Origin: Candidatus Undinarchaeales archaeon
GTDB lineage: Archaea > Undinarchaeota > Undinarchaeia > Undinarchaeales > JALTGF01
Direction: 5' to 3'
Assembly (NCBI GenBank): GCA_046483005.1
Contig: JAWOEA010000008.1
Location: 1 to 54,917 of the forward strand
DNA: 54,917 nucleotides
Part shown: positions 37,122 to 46,266 of the stretch, piece after piece
Position numbering within the stretch: the stretch's first letter is position 1
How the letters are laid out: each line of letters opens with the position of its first letter
Position numbers and translations under genes: made by a program
Notes under the pieces: generated by a model
Databases searched by the model: none
What the model was told of the DNA's origin: nothing
Seen by the model: the letters and a program-made list of their open reading frames with translations, nothing else

Positions 37122-37927
37122 TTTTTAATTAAAGTCCCGATTTCTTCCCCTTGAACTGCTTTCTTTAGGTTGTTCTTTTTTAAAATGTTTATTATCCTTA
37201 TTTCAGCGCCTTTTTCTGCAATTGAATAGAGTTCTTCAACCTTGTGAGTCATTCCTCCGGTTACATCAGTTGTTGAAGCTCCGGAAACTTTTTCAAGGAT
37301 TTCATCTTTGTTGCTTTCATTTATTTCTTTTATCAGTTCTGAACCTTCTTGTTTAGGGTCTTTTGTATAAACGCCGTCAACATCTGTTCCGATAATTATT
37401 CTTTTTGGACTGAGTTTTTCAGCTAAATATCTTAAAATCATTTCAGTTGATGCAATGGAGCATCCTTTTTCTAAATCAAAAACAACATCTCCGTAAATTA
37501 CCGGCACTAAATCAGATTCAGCCTGCATTTGCAGAGGTTTGTAACACATTTCTTTTATTTTGCCTGCTTCAAGGAGAGTGCATGCAGAAGTCTGAACAGG
37601 AACTGCCGGAACTCCGGCTGAAATTAAATGCTCAACAACTATGTTGTTTAGTGCATTTGCAGATTTTCTGGTTTCAACATAACCTTCTGAACCGCAGAAA
37701 TCAAGACCTTTCTGGACTCCGTATTTCTTTGCCGTCGGATGCCCGAAGCTTCCCGAACCATGGCCGATTATAATTCGGTAATCCTTTGACAGTTCTGCAA
37801 TTTCCTTTGAAGCCTGCTCTAAAATTTTAAAATTAACTTCATTCTTCTTGTCCTTGAAGGTTATTGCAGCCCCCCCAAGTTTAATGAAAACTAGCTCCTT
37901 ACTGGAAGGATTCCGGCGTTTTTTCAT
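37118..37927 (-). CDS. Isopentenyl phosphate kinase
   Basis: Amino-acid-kinase fold 'FIKLGGAAITFK', 'IIGHGSGSFGH', 'GDVV', 'TDVDGVY'. Confidence 0.85.
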   Translation of the reverse strand: MKKRRNPSSKELVFIKLGGAAITFKDKKNEVNFKILEQASKEIAELSKDYRIIIGHGSGSFGHPTAKKYGVQKGLDFCGSEGYVETRKSANALNNIVVEHLISAGVPAVPVQTSACTLLEAGKIKEMCYKPLQMQAESDLVPVIYGDVVFDLEKGCSIASTEMILRYLAEKLSPKRIIIGTDVDGVYTKDPKQEGSELIKEINESNKDEILEKVSGASTTDVTGGMTHKVEELYSIAEKGAEIRIINILKKNNLKKAVQGEEIGTLIKK

Positions 37928-38843
37928 CTCTAACGCCCCCCTGATGGGTTTTTACCATAAATGCTTCCGCGCCTTTTTCCTTCAGTGCATCAATAACTGG
38001 ATCGGGGTCTTCGGCGAGTGCAATTATACACCCTCCGCCTCCGGAACCGGTTATTTTTGCACCGTATGCTCCTGCTTCTCTTGCCGCTTCTACTAGATTT
38101 TCGAGTCTTCTTGAACTTACTCCAAGCTCTCTCAAATAATAGTGGTTCTTGTCCATTAATCTTCCAAGCTCAGGCAGGTTGTTTTCATGAATTGCCTTCT
38201 TTGCCTTTCTGACAATTGAACCGATAGTGAAAATATTGTATGCAACTCTCGGGTCTTCAACTTTCGACCTGATTTCGTCAACAATTTTTTTAGTATCTTT
38301 CTTAATTCCTGAATTTCCTACAATTACATTTAATGGTTCAGTTCTGACCTGCTCAACTTTTCCCTTCTGGAAGAGAATTGTTCCGCCGAGAGTTGTTACA
38401 GCAGTATTTATTCCGCTGTACTTGCCGTGTGTTGCCTTTTCGGCTTCGTATGCAATTTTTGCAACAGCTCCTCTTTCATTTTTTGAGCTGTCAAATAAAC
38501 TTAAAATTGAGGATGAAGCTGCAGTTACTGTAGAGGCAGATGAGCCCATTCCGACTGAAATTGGAATTCTTGAACTAATGTTTAGTTTAACTCCTGAATT
38601 TTTATTCAAGAATTTGAGAGTTTCCTGAGCTGATTTAACTACGGGATTGTCAGTTTCTTCCTTTAAATCTGAATGGATTGGTTCATCAAATTTTGAGCTT
38701 TCAACAATTATTCTCGGCTCGCCGAACTTTTCCGCTGTTACGAAAGCCCTCTTATTTACAGCTGTGGCTATTGCCGCTTCTCCGTAGACAACGGCATGTT
38801 CTCCAAATAAAATTAACTTGCCTGGTGCTGAAACTTTTACCAT
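37899..38843 (-). CDS. mvk: Mevalonate kinase paralog 1 (GHMP). Canonical P-loop but Asn at the usual catalytic-Asp position
   Basis: 'APGKLILFGEHAVVYG', 'PISVGMGSSAS', 'GSGGGGCIIAL'. It has 'HGKYSGINTAVTTLGG' where MVKs usually have SG.D. Confidence 0.75.
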   Translation of the reverse strand: MVKVSAPGKLILFGEHAVVYGEAAIATAVNKRAFVTAEKFGEPRIIVESSKFDEPIHSDLKEETDNPVVKSAQETLKFLNKNSGVKLNISSRIPISVGMGSSASTVTAASSSILSLFDSSKNERGAVAKIAYEAEKATHGKYSGINTAVTTLGGTILFQKGKVEQVRTEPLNVIVGNSGIKKDTKKIVDEIRSKVEDPRVAYNIFTIGSIVRKAKKAIHENNLPELGRLMDKNHYYLRELGVSSRRLENLVEAAREAGAYGAKITGSGGGGCIIALAEDPDPVIDALKEKGAEAFMVKTHQGGVRDEKTPESFQ

Positions 38844-38886
38844 TTTTAACTGTATTATTACTCCTTTGATATATATGTTCTCTTGC

Positions 38887-39285
38887 TTAGTCTTTCAAAA
38901 CTTCTACTGTTCCTTCGTCGGCGTTTACTTTTACTTTGTCGCCCGTTTTAATCTTTGAAATATCAACTTTGTCAACCATTGGGATTTCTGAAATTATTGC
39001 ACCTACTGCAACTATTGTTTCGGTTTCCTTGTTTATGATAGCTGCCGGAGCTTTTCCATTTTTCTTTAAGCTGTAAATAATATATGAACCAACTGTACTT
39101 CCCTTGCCTTGAGGAAAAACAAGAACTTTATCTGTAATTGATTTGTTTTCCAAAGGATGGCCTTTTTCAACAACCTTTCCTGTTTCAGGATCCACTCCGC
39201 CGTAGAAAGAAATTGGTTCGGGACTTACAATAGCTTCTGCTTCTGCTTTTCCTTTGAAAATTTTTCTGCCCTTCATTTTTTCCAC
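38887..39285 (-). CDS. Aconitase X swivel-domain subunit (DUF126), phosphomevalonate dehydratase small subunit
   Basis: 'GEAIVS.EPISFYGGVDPETG', 'VLVFPQGKGSTVGSY'. An ATGA-overlap alternative start is at 39276. Confidence 0.85.
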   Translation of the reverse strand: MEKMKGRKIFKGKAEAEAIVSPEPISFYGGVDPETGKVVEKGHPLENKSITDKVLVFPQGKGSTVGSYIIYSLKKNGKAPAAIINKETETIVAVGAIISEIPMVDKVDISKIKTGDKVKVNADEGTVEVLKD

Positions 39286-40469
39286 TCTCCTGTAATTGCC
39301 GCATTAATGCATTCTTCTAATGAGCCGATTCTTGGAAGCATGCCATGCTTTCCTCTGACGTAATAGCTTGCTTTTGCAGATGTTGTTGCACAGGTTTTGA
39401 ATCTTCCTTTTAGGGGGGCAACAACCATGCAGGTGTCGCATGCCATTTTTGCTCCGGAATTTTCAATTTTTTCAATGTAACCGAGCTTCTCTGCTTTTTC
39501 TTTTGTCGGTCTGGCGGTTGCTATCCATGTTTCAGCCTTTACTTTTTTGCCTTCCAAAAGTTTTGCAACTTTTTTCAGTTCATCTAAACTGGCATGAGGA
39601 CAGCCGATGCTGACAAAATCAACTTCAGTTCCTTTTCCAGATAAATCAGAATAAGCTTTATCAAATTCTTTCTGCGTAATTTTAACTGTCTTGGAAGGAG
39701 CTTCAAATTTACCTGCTTCCGGCGTGATTCCTTCCATATGGAAAAGAGGCTCGGAACCGTAAGTTACAACTGATGCTGAAAAAGTTTTCAGCTGGTCATT
39801 TGTTGCTTTTGAAATTCCAGATACGTACGGGATTTTTGCCTCGCAGTTCTTCCCAATAAATTCTCCGAGAGCTCCAAAGTCTGCAAGCGTTTTCAAATCA
39901 ACATCAACTTTGAAATGGATATCAGGTTTTCTGTTTTCATCTAAGTGGAGACCGTACTCCGGAGTTACTCCTGTCAATGCAGATGCAAGAGCGCTTGGTC
40001 CTCCTTCTCTGTTAGTATAAGCTCCGAGAACTGAGTTTGCATAAGTTACTGCTGAAGATTCTGCCCAGGCAATGTGGTCTCCTTTATTTGGTTTGTTTCC
40101 AATTAAGTAAGGAGTGCATGTACATGTAGTTTGAATTCCCATTTTTGCAAAGGAATCAATTACTCTGTTTTGTTTTTCAGCAAAGTCAGGAGAAATGCCT
40201 AGTGACTGCCAGTTTTCCCTGTCCATTCCGGCAGGGTTTAAAGTAGTCGGGACTTCTACTTTTCCGTCTTTTGCAAGTTCAGATAAATATTCAAGACCTG
40301 CTTCTCCTAAATTAGAATAAGAAACACCGGCAATCTGGACTGTTTTAACAGGAATCATTCTTTCTGCTCCGAAAATCTTTCCGAGGGCATTCAGAATGTA
40401 CATTGACTTTTTCTTGGCATTTCCATGTTTTCCTGAAAGCATTTCCTGTTCTTTTTCTGTAAGTTTCAT
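39273..40469 (-). CDS. Aconitase X catalytic subunit (DUF521), phosphomevalonate dehydratase large subunit
   Basis: 398 aa, 'LSGKHG', Cys-containing 'TCTCTPY' and 'GCPHAS' motifs typical of AcnX large subunits. Paired with DUF126. Confidence 0.85.
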   Translation of the reverse strand: MKLTEKEQEMLSGKHGNAKKKSMYILNALGKIFGAERMIPVKTVQIAGVSYSNLGEAGLEYLSELAKDGKVEVPTTLNPAGMDRENWQSLGISPDFAEKQNRVIDSFAKMGIQTTCTCTPYLIGNKPNKGDHIAWAESSAVTYANSVLGAYTNREGGPSALASALTGVTPEYGLHLDENRKPDIHFKVDVDLKTLADFGALGEFIGKNCEAKIPYVSGISKATNDQLKTFSASVVTYGSEPLFHMEGITPEAGKFEAPSKTVKITQKEFDKAYSDLSGKGTEVDFVSIGCPHASLDELKKVAKLLEGKKVKAETWIATARPTKEKAEKLGYIEKIENSGAKMACDTCMVVAPLKGRFKTCATTSAKASYYVRGKHGMLPRIGSLEECINAAITGEWKK

Positions 40470-40577
40470 TGTATTAGAGATAAATAAGGAGATTTAAATA
40501 AATAAGGGTTTTGGGAAGCGCATATTAGTTTAAATTCCATCAATACTTTTATAAATATTCAGTAAATAAATCAGATT

Positions 40578-40889
40578 ATGTTTGAATACACAATAATCTT
40601 GCTTGCGTTGTTATTAGTGGCATTAGTCCTGGAAAAGACACATCACATACATCTTTATCACAACAGAAAAGAGAGACTTGAAATAATTGGATTATTTTTT
40701 GTTATTGGAGTTATATGGGATACATTTGCTATCTGGAGAGGTCACTGGGCGTTTCCCCCTGGAAAAAATCTTGGGATTGTTATTGGAGTAATGCCACTTG
40801 AAGAATATTTGTTCATATTAATAATCCCTTATTTTATTTTAACAATCTACAAAATTATTGATTCTAAATTTAGAAAAAGTGCCAAGTAA
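40578..40889 (+). CDS. Lycopene-cyclase-domain membrane protein (single CrtYc/d-like domain)
   Basis: 103 aa, 3 TM, 'IWDTFAIWRGHWAF' and 'PLEEYLFILIIPY' motifs. Confidence 0.65.
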   Translation: MFEYTIILLALLLVALVLEKTHHIHLYHNRKERLEIIGLFFVIGVIWDTFAIWRGHWAFPPGKNLGIVIGVMPLEEYLFILIIPYFILTIYKIIDSKFRKSAK

Positions 40890-40931
40890 AATTCTTCTGA
40901 ATCACCCCAGATAATCGTTAAATCTAGTTTA

Positions 40932-41897
40932 TTAAACTCCTATCTTAGTTTTCAAAGCTTCATAACCTGCTTCTTCCATTGCCTCTGCAACTTTGTCCTG
41001 CAGTTCTTTTCCAGGAGTTAAAGCAAGCATGTATCCGCCGAGTCCGCCTCCGGTCATTTTTGCTCCATAAGCTCCATTTTCTCTGGCAATATCCACAAGT
41101 TCATCGAGTTTTGGATGAGAAACTTCAATTGCCTTAAGTAAAGTATGATTTTTGTTCATCAGCTTTCCAACTTCTTTAAAGTTTGAATTCAGGAGTTCTT
41201 CCTTTGCCTTTCCTACCAAATTTCTTGCCTGCTCGAAAAGTTTATTATATTTTTCAGGATTTTTCTCTTTTCTTTCCTTTACTCCTGCGACTGCTTTTGC
41301 TGTATCAGTCGTTAAACCGGTATTTCCGAGAACAATTTCAACCGGATTTTCTAAAGAAAGTCTGTCAATTTTTGATCCTTCATCTGTTTTTTCAAACCAA
41401 ATTAATCCGCCGAAAGTTGAAGCAGTGTTGTCAATTCCTGAAGGAGTTCCTGCATACGCTTTTTCCCCTTCATATGCAATTTCATTTATCTTTTCATCGT
41501 CAAAATCTAAATCAAATTTTCTGTTTAGGGCTCTTGCAACTGCAACGCAGATTGCTGCGCTTGCTCCTACCCCTCCGACTGCTTTCAGATTTCCGTTAAC
41601 TGTAATTTTAATGTTTTTATCTGTTGTATCAAAATCAACTGCTTTCAGAACTCTTTTAATTGAGTCCTTCTGCTGTTCAAGTTTCTTTTCTTTATAGCCC
41701 GGATTCGCCTCCCTATTATCTTCTAAAACCCAGCCCTCTCCTGCCATTGAACCTTCGTTTCCTGAAGGAGTTAAATCATCAGTAAGTTCAACTTCAGCTG
41801 TTGTCTGGTCATTTATTGCAGATGCAATTGCAGGTATTCCGTAGACTACAAAATGCTCGTTGAATAAGATTGTTTTGCCGTATCCGCCTTCTGCCAT
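40932..41897 (-). CDS. Mevalonate kinase paralog 2 (GHMP). Canonical catalytic 'PSGID' but atypical P-loop 'GGVGASAA'
   Basis: 'GKTILFNEHFVVYGIPAIASAI', 'GTPSGIDNTASTFGG', 'TGGGLGGYMLAL'. 2 nt downstream of the UbiD-like gene. Confidence 0.7.
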   Translation of the reverse strand: MAEGGYGKTILFNEHFVVYGIPAIASAINDQTTAEVELTDDLTPSGNEGSMAGEGWVLEDNREANPGYKEKKLEQQKDSIKRVLKAVDFDTTDKNIKITVNGNLKAVGGVGASAAICVAVARALNRKFDLDFDDEKINEIAYEGEKAYAGTPSGIDNTASTFGGLIWFEKTDEGSKIDRLSLENPVEIVLGNTGLTTDTAKAVAGVKERKEKNPEKYNKLFEQARNLVGKAKEELLNSNFKEVGKLMNKNHTLLKAIEVSHPKLDELVDIARENGAYGAKMTGGGLGGYMLALTPGKELQDKVAEAMEEAGYEALKTKIGV

Positions 41898-41899
41898 TT

Positions 41900-43132
41900 T
41901 TATTCCCCCTTAATGAAATCTTTTTTATCCTTGTCTTTTGGAATAGTACAGTCAAAAATAACTTTAGTTGTTTCCTGTCTGTCTTCAGTAGGTTTTGAGC
42001 TCGGATCAATACTTGAACCTCTTGATTTTGGATATGTATGCATGTCCTTATGAGCCTGAAATCTTGTTGCCATGGCCCATTCTCTTTCATCCGGATTGTA
42101 GATGTCAATGTCTGAATCATAAATGAATACATGCTTTACACTTTTGTGAGCTTTCATAACTTCTTCTCCTATTTCTTTCGGGTCTCCTTTCTCAAGTGAG
42201 ACTGCGCAGTGAAGCCAGTAAGTTCCTCCCTTTGTTAAAGCAACATCTTTAACATCCGCGGTTTTTGAAACTGCATTCAAAATGACGGGCTCTTTCGGGA
42301 AGCCCATTAAATAGCCGTGCTCGTCTTTTGATGAAACTAAAGCGTGATAAATCGGGTCTTTTTGAGTGTAAATTTTTTCTACATTTACTACCGGCTGCTG
42401 TCTTACCATATCAACTGTTCCTGTTAAATCAATGAAAGGTCCCTCGTCGTCTTCTTCCGGGAGTATTTTTGCAAGTATTACTATTTCTGCATCTTTTGGT
42501 ACATGAACTCCGTTTTCCATTTTTACAAGTTCTACCGGCTTTCCATCCAGCGCTCCTGCAATGCTTATTTCATCTATATCAGAGTCAACGCTTGTTCCTG
42601 CTGCAATTAAAAGAGAAGGGCTTAAGCCGATGCAGATTGCAACATCCAGAGTTTTTCCGGCTTCAGTATAGTATTTCCACAAATCTCTATGAGTTATCCT
42701 TGCAACCATCCTGTCCTTTCCGTCAATTCTTGTTCTATGATAAGAAATGTTTCTTCCGTGCTTTTCTGATTCTGCTATGTAAACTGAAGAAGTAAAATAA
42801 GGCCCTGCATCCGCCTTGAAATGAGTTAGTATAGGCAGTTTTGTCAAATCGGCGTCAATTTCAACAAAATTGTTTTCTTCGACAATTTTAGGTTCAATTC
42901 GGTTTTCTAGAGCATCAACCATTTTCTTTTTAACATCAAAACCAAGAAGCTGATTTACATTTTCTCTCAAACAAAGATTTGCTCCGACTTTCCAGCCGTT
43001 TACATTTTCAAAAATTAAAGGTTCTGGATGAGTAGAGATGTACTCTGCCAGTTCAGTATCAGGTTTGAATTCTTTTTCAACTCTTTTTGGGTTTACTTTT
43101 TCTAATGCTTCTTTAAATCTCATTTTTCCCAC
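41900..43132 (-). CDS. UbiD-family decarboxylase, likely anhydromevalonate phosphate decarboxylase
   Basis: 410-aa UbiD-like sequence. Overlaps ubiX and lies in an AcnX/IPK context. Confidence 0.8.
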   Translation of the reverse strand: MGKMRFKEALEKVNPKRVEKEFKPDTELAEYISTHPEPLIFENVNGWKVGANLCLRENVNQLLGFDVKKKMVDALENRIEPKIVEENNFVEIDADLTKLPILTHFKADAGPYFTSSVYIAESEKHGRNISYHRTRIDGKDRMVARITHRDLWKYYTEAGKTLDVAICIGLSPSLLIAAGTSVDSDIDEISIAGALDGKPVELVKMENGVHVPKDAEIVILAKILPEEDDEGPFIDLTGTVDMVRQQPVVNVEKIYTQKDPIYHALVSSKDEHGYLMGFPKEPVILNAVSKTADVKDVALTKGGTYWLHCAVSLEKGDPKEIGEEVMKAHKSVKHVFIYDSDIDIYNPDEREWAMATRFQAHKDMHTYPKSRGSSIDPSSKPTEDRQETTKVIFDCTIPKDKDKKDFIKGE

Positions 43133-43671
43133 CTTTTGTAAAGTTCGTGTTCTATTTCAAAACTATCTAATATTTTACCAATTATAAAGTTAATCATGTC
43201 ATCAAGAGTTTCAGGTTTGAAATAGAAAGCCATGTTTGCAGGAAGGATGGTTGCTCCTGCTTTCTTTAGAGTGAGCATATTCTTTAAATGAATGTAATTT
43301 AGTGGTGTTTCTCTTGGAACCAGAACCAACTTATTTTCCTGCTTTAAGCAGACATCTCCTGCCCTTAAAATTAGATTTTTGGAATAGCCGCTTGCTAAGC
43401 CCCCAAGAGTCTTCATTGAGCAGGGAACCACTACCATTCCGTCCATTTTAAATGAACCGGACGCTATTGATGCATCAATTTCATTTATTTCGTGAACTTC
43501 AGAAGCCAGACTCTTTAAATCAGAATACGAGATTCCCTCGTATTCCATTACTTTCTTTGATGCGTCCGAAGCAACTAAATGCGTTTCAACTCCCTTTTCT
43601 TTGAGAACTTCAAGAAGTCTTTTCGCCAGAACAATAGAAGAAGCTCCGGTAACCGCTATTGTCAATTTCAT
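43120..43671 (-). CDS. ubiX: UbiX flavin prenyltransferase (prenyl-FMN synthase)
   Basis: 'IAVTGASS', 'VVPCSMKTLG' flavoprotein motifs, 183 aa. Confidence 0.9.
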   Translation of the reverse strand: MKLTIAVTGASSIVLAKRLLEVLKEKGVETHLVASDASKKVMEYEGISYSDLKSLASEVHEINEIDASIASGSFKMDGMVVVPCSMKTLGGLASGYSKNLILRAGDVCLKQENKLVLVPRETPLNYIHLKNMLTLKKAGATILPANMAFYFKPETLDDMINFIIGKILDSFEIEHELYKRWEK

Positions 43672-43705
43672 TAAAAATCACTTGTTTTTTGCTTATATAA
43701 GGTTA

Positions 43706-44362
43706 ATGGTTGCCATTTATCCTTTAAAAATAGAAACTAAAAATATATTAATACCTATCATAAAAACTTCAGCCGTGGACATAATAATTGGCATCATCGT
43801 AATGTTTTATGTAGCGCAGACCATAGATTTGCTTATCCGAAAGCTTCTGGGTAAAGGTAAAAAATCAACTATGTTCCTGCTTATTCCAACCATACTTATC
43901 CCAGCAGCTCTCTTTGGACCAAAGGTTTTCTGGTTTACTTTTCTCTTTCTGGCAGTATACTGGAGCAACGTGTGCAGGTCTTCTGGATATGGTCTGAGCT
44001 ATCATCTTCCTCTGATAATAATTGCCGGAGTTGTATATGGTTCAGTTGGAGGATTTATTGTAGGCTTCCTTCCTTTCATGATAATTCCTTATCTAATGCC
44101 GGATAAAAAAGTTATAGACTATATTGTTTCCTCTGCACTTCTTGGAGGGATGGGCGCAGTCTCAGGTTTTTTCTCTGCGGGAAATCCATTGTTAATTCAA
44201 TTTGCAATTTCTGCACTAATAGTATATAATCTTCTGAGAGCGGCCCTTTTGTATGGGAAAACTCCGATTCACAAGATAACTTTTTACATTGTTGTTAATA
44301 TTGCAGTTAATTATTTCCTAATCCAAAACTATCTGATACAATGGATCGGTACAATAACATAA
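43706..44362 (+). CDS. Hypothetical polytopic membrane protein (start trimmed to ATG 43706)
   Basis: 6-7 hydrophobic helices. TATA 'gcttatataagg' immediately upstream suggests a short or leaderless 5' end. The track ORF extension overlaps ubiX. Confidence 0.5.
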   Translation: MVAIYPLKIETKNILIPIIKTSAVDIIIGIIVMFYVAQTIDLLIRKLLGKGKKSTMFLLIPTILIPAALFGPKVFWFTFLFLAVYWSNVCRSSGYGLSYHLPLIIIAGVVYGSVGGFIVGFLPFMIIPYLMPDKKVIDYIVSSALLGGMGAVSGFFSAGNPLLIQFAISALIVYNLLRAALLYGKTPIHKITFYIVVNIAVNYFLIQNYLIQWIGTIT

Positions 44363-44396
44363 ATACAATGAAAGAAAAAGTAAAGGTGGTGAAAAT

Positions 44397-45191
44397 ATGG
44401 GAGAAATAAAAAAGAAAGCAAAAGAGTACTATGACATGTACAGAATCTGGAGAAAGAGACCAGGCAGTACATTCAAAGAAATATCAGACATATACAGAAA
44501 AAGACCTATTCTGAATAAAGCTTACAAAAGTGCTCTTGAAATGCTTAAGAAAGATCAGGAAATGTTTGAGCACGTCTGTGATGCTCTTCTTTCTACAATA
44601 TCAAAAGAAAAGGTTTCAAAAGACGAAGATATTATCAAAAATCTTTCAAAAGAAGATGACGAAATAAATGAGTACGCAAGCGATGTAAGGAGACATATTT
44701 TGGAATATCTGGCGGAAAATTCTGCACCGGATGTAAAATCTTCTCTTGTTCTTACAAGCCTTATAATAGACCTTGAAAGACTTGGGGACTACACGAAGGA
44801 CTTGGCAAAGATAACTCTTTTTGACCCTGTCAATTTGTTTGACGGCGGTTATCTGGACATAATCAGAGAGTACAAAGAGCATCTGGTAAAAATGTTCGAA
44901 AACACGGTAGTGGCTTTCGGTCAGCATGACAAAGATACAGCCGAAAATGTCATGAAGATGAACAAGGAATTCCGAGAAAGAACAGACAAAATACTCCTTG
45001 AAGTAAATGAAGATTCAAGACTGAGAAAGAGAGATGCAATTACATACACATTGATGACTCGATATTTCAGAAGAGTGGCAGGACATTTAGAGAATATCGC
45101 ATCCAGTGTAATCTCTCCGTTCCCTTACATAGGATTTAAGAAAAGGGAGCTTGAAAAACAGAAAGGAAAAAGAGAAAAAGGTAAAAAGTAA
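44397..45191 (+). CDS. PhoU-family regulator-like protein
   Basis: Two PhoU-type repeats ('DDEINEYASDVRRHILEYL', 'LERLGDYTKDLAK', 'RYFRRVAGHLENIA'). Confidence 0.7.
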   Translation: MGEIKKKAKEYYDMYRIWRKRPGSTFKEISDIYRKRPILNKAYKSALEMLKKDQEMFEHVCDALLSTISKEKVSKDEDIIKNLSKEDDEINEYASDVRRHILEYLAENSAPDVKSSLVLTSLIIDLERLGDYTKDLAKITLFDPVNLFDGGYLDIIREYKEHLVKMFENTVVAFGQHDKDTAENVMKMNKEFRERTDKILLEVNEDSRLRKRDAITYTLMTRYFRRVAGHLENIASSVISPFPYIGFKKRELEKQKGKREKGKK

Positions 45192-45934
45192 TGCAGGAAT
45201 TCTTAATTCTGGGAATTATACAAGGTGTCCTCGAATGGATACCTGTAAGCAGCGAGGGTTTTTTAGTTATGGCTGGGACCTATTTTACTTTAGAAAACTT
45301 AATTCCTCTGGCTTTGTACCTGCATTTAGGAACTCTCTTTTCAGCTTCTTTCTACTTTAGAAATGATTTGAAAAAGATAACCTATGGAAAGGAGCCGGAG
45401 CTTCTGAAATTTTTAATCATTTCAACTGTGTGCACTTTTATTGTCGGGGGACCGATTTATCTGTTCATTCAGGAAAGTCAGTTCAGCGGAAGTTCAATTT
45501 TAGGAATTGTTGGAGCAGGTCTGCTCTTGACGGGCTGGCTTCTTGGAAAGAAAAAGAAACATTTTGGAGCTTCAAAAGTCAATGAAAAGGACGCAGTTCT
45601 TATCGGTCTTCTGCAGGGAATTGCTGTTCTGCCGGGAGTTTCAAGGTCTGGAATTACTACATTTGGGCTTCTTTCAAGAAATTATAGTCAGGAATCTGCC
45701 CTGAAAATTTCGTTCATAATGAGTATTCCGGTTGTTTTAATTGGAAATATTCTCCTTCATCTAACTGGTTTTGAATTTCAGCCCGGCTACTTGATTGCTC
45801 TGACAGCCTCATTTGTTATTGGATTTTTAACAATTAAGAGTTTAATTAAAATTTCAAAGAAAATTAATTTCAGATACTTCTGCTGGTTTTTTGGAGTTCT
45901 GGCTCTGATTGGATTTGGGATTTCTTTAATCTAA
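45191..45934 (+). CDS. uppP: Undecaprenyl-diphosphatase (UppP/BacA family)
   Basis: 'GIIQGVLEWIPVSSEG' and 'LPGVSRSGITT' motifs. ATG overlaps the upstream stop. Confidence 0.85.
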   Translation: MQEFLILGIIQGVLEWIPVSSEGFLVMAGTYFTLENLIPLALYLHLGTLFSASFYFRNDLKKITYGKEPELLKFLIISTVCTFIVGGPIYLFIQESQFSGSSILGIVGAGLLLTGWLLGKKKKHFGASKVNEKDAVLIGLLQGIAVLPGVSRSGITTFGLLSRNYSQESALKISFIMSIPVVLIGNILLHLTGFEFQPGYLIALTASFVIGFLTIKSLIKISKKINFRYFCWFFGVLALIGFGISLI

Positions 45935-45977
45935 TTATGCAAAGGTTTATGAAGAAAAGATGATAAATTAAAATAAA

Positions 45978-46265
45978 ATGGCAAATAAAAAATTAAAAAA
46001 GAAAAAAGACACTGCAGCCGATATTGGAAAAGATGCCCCGACTAACTTAAAATTTGGAATAATTATAGCAGTAGCAATATTCTGGGCAGAATTCTTAAGA
46101 TCTATAATGAACAGTTTATTTAGATTCGCTCTAAAAGGAGCATCTCCGATCGTGTCAAATTTTATAGTGGCAGCAAGTGCAACTTTCATAGGGTATATAG
46201 TTTTAATAAGTTACAAAAGAGTTAGATACAAATTAAAGAAAATAAGATTAAGGAGAAAGAGATAA
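45978..46265 (+). CDS. Small membrane protein, hypothetical
   Basis: Two TM helices between basic termini. No family recognised. Confidence 0.4.
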   Translation: MANKKLKKKKDTAADIGKDAPTNLKFGIIIAVAIFWAEFLRSIMNSLFRFALKGASPIVSNFIVAASATFIGYIVLISYKRVRYKLKKIRLRRKR

Positions 46266-46266
46266 T

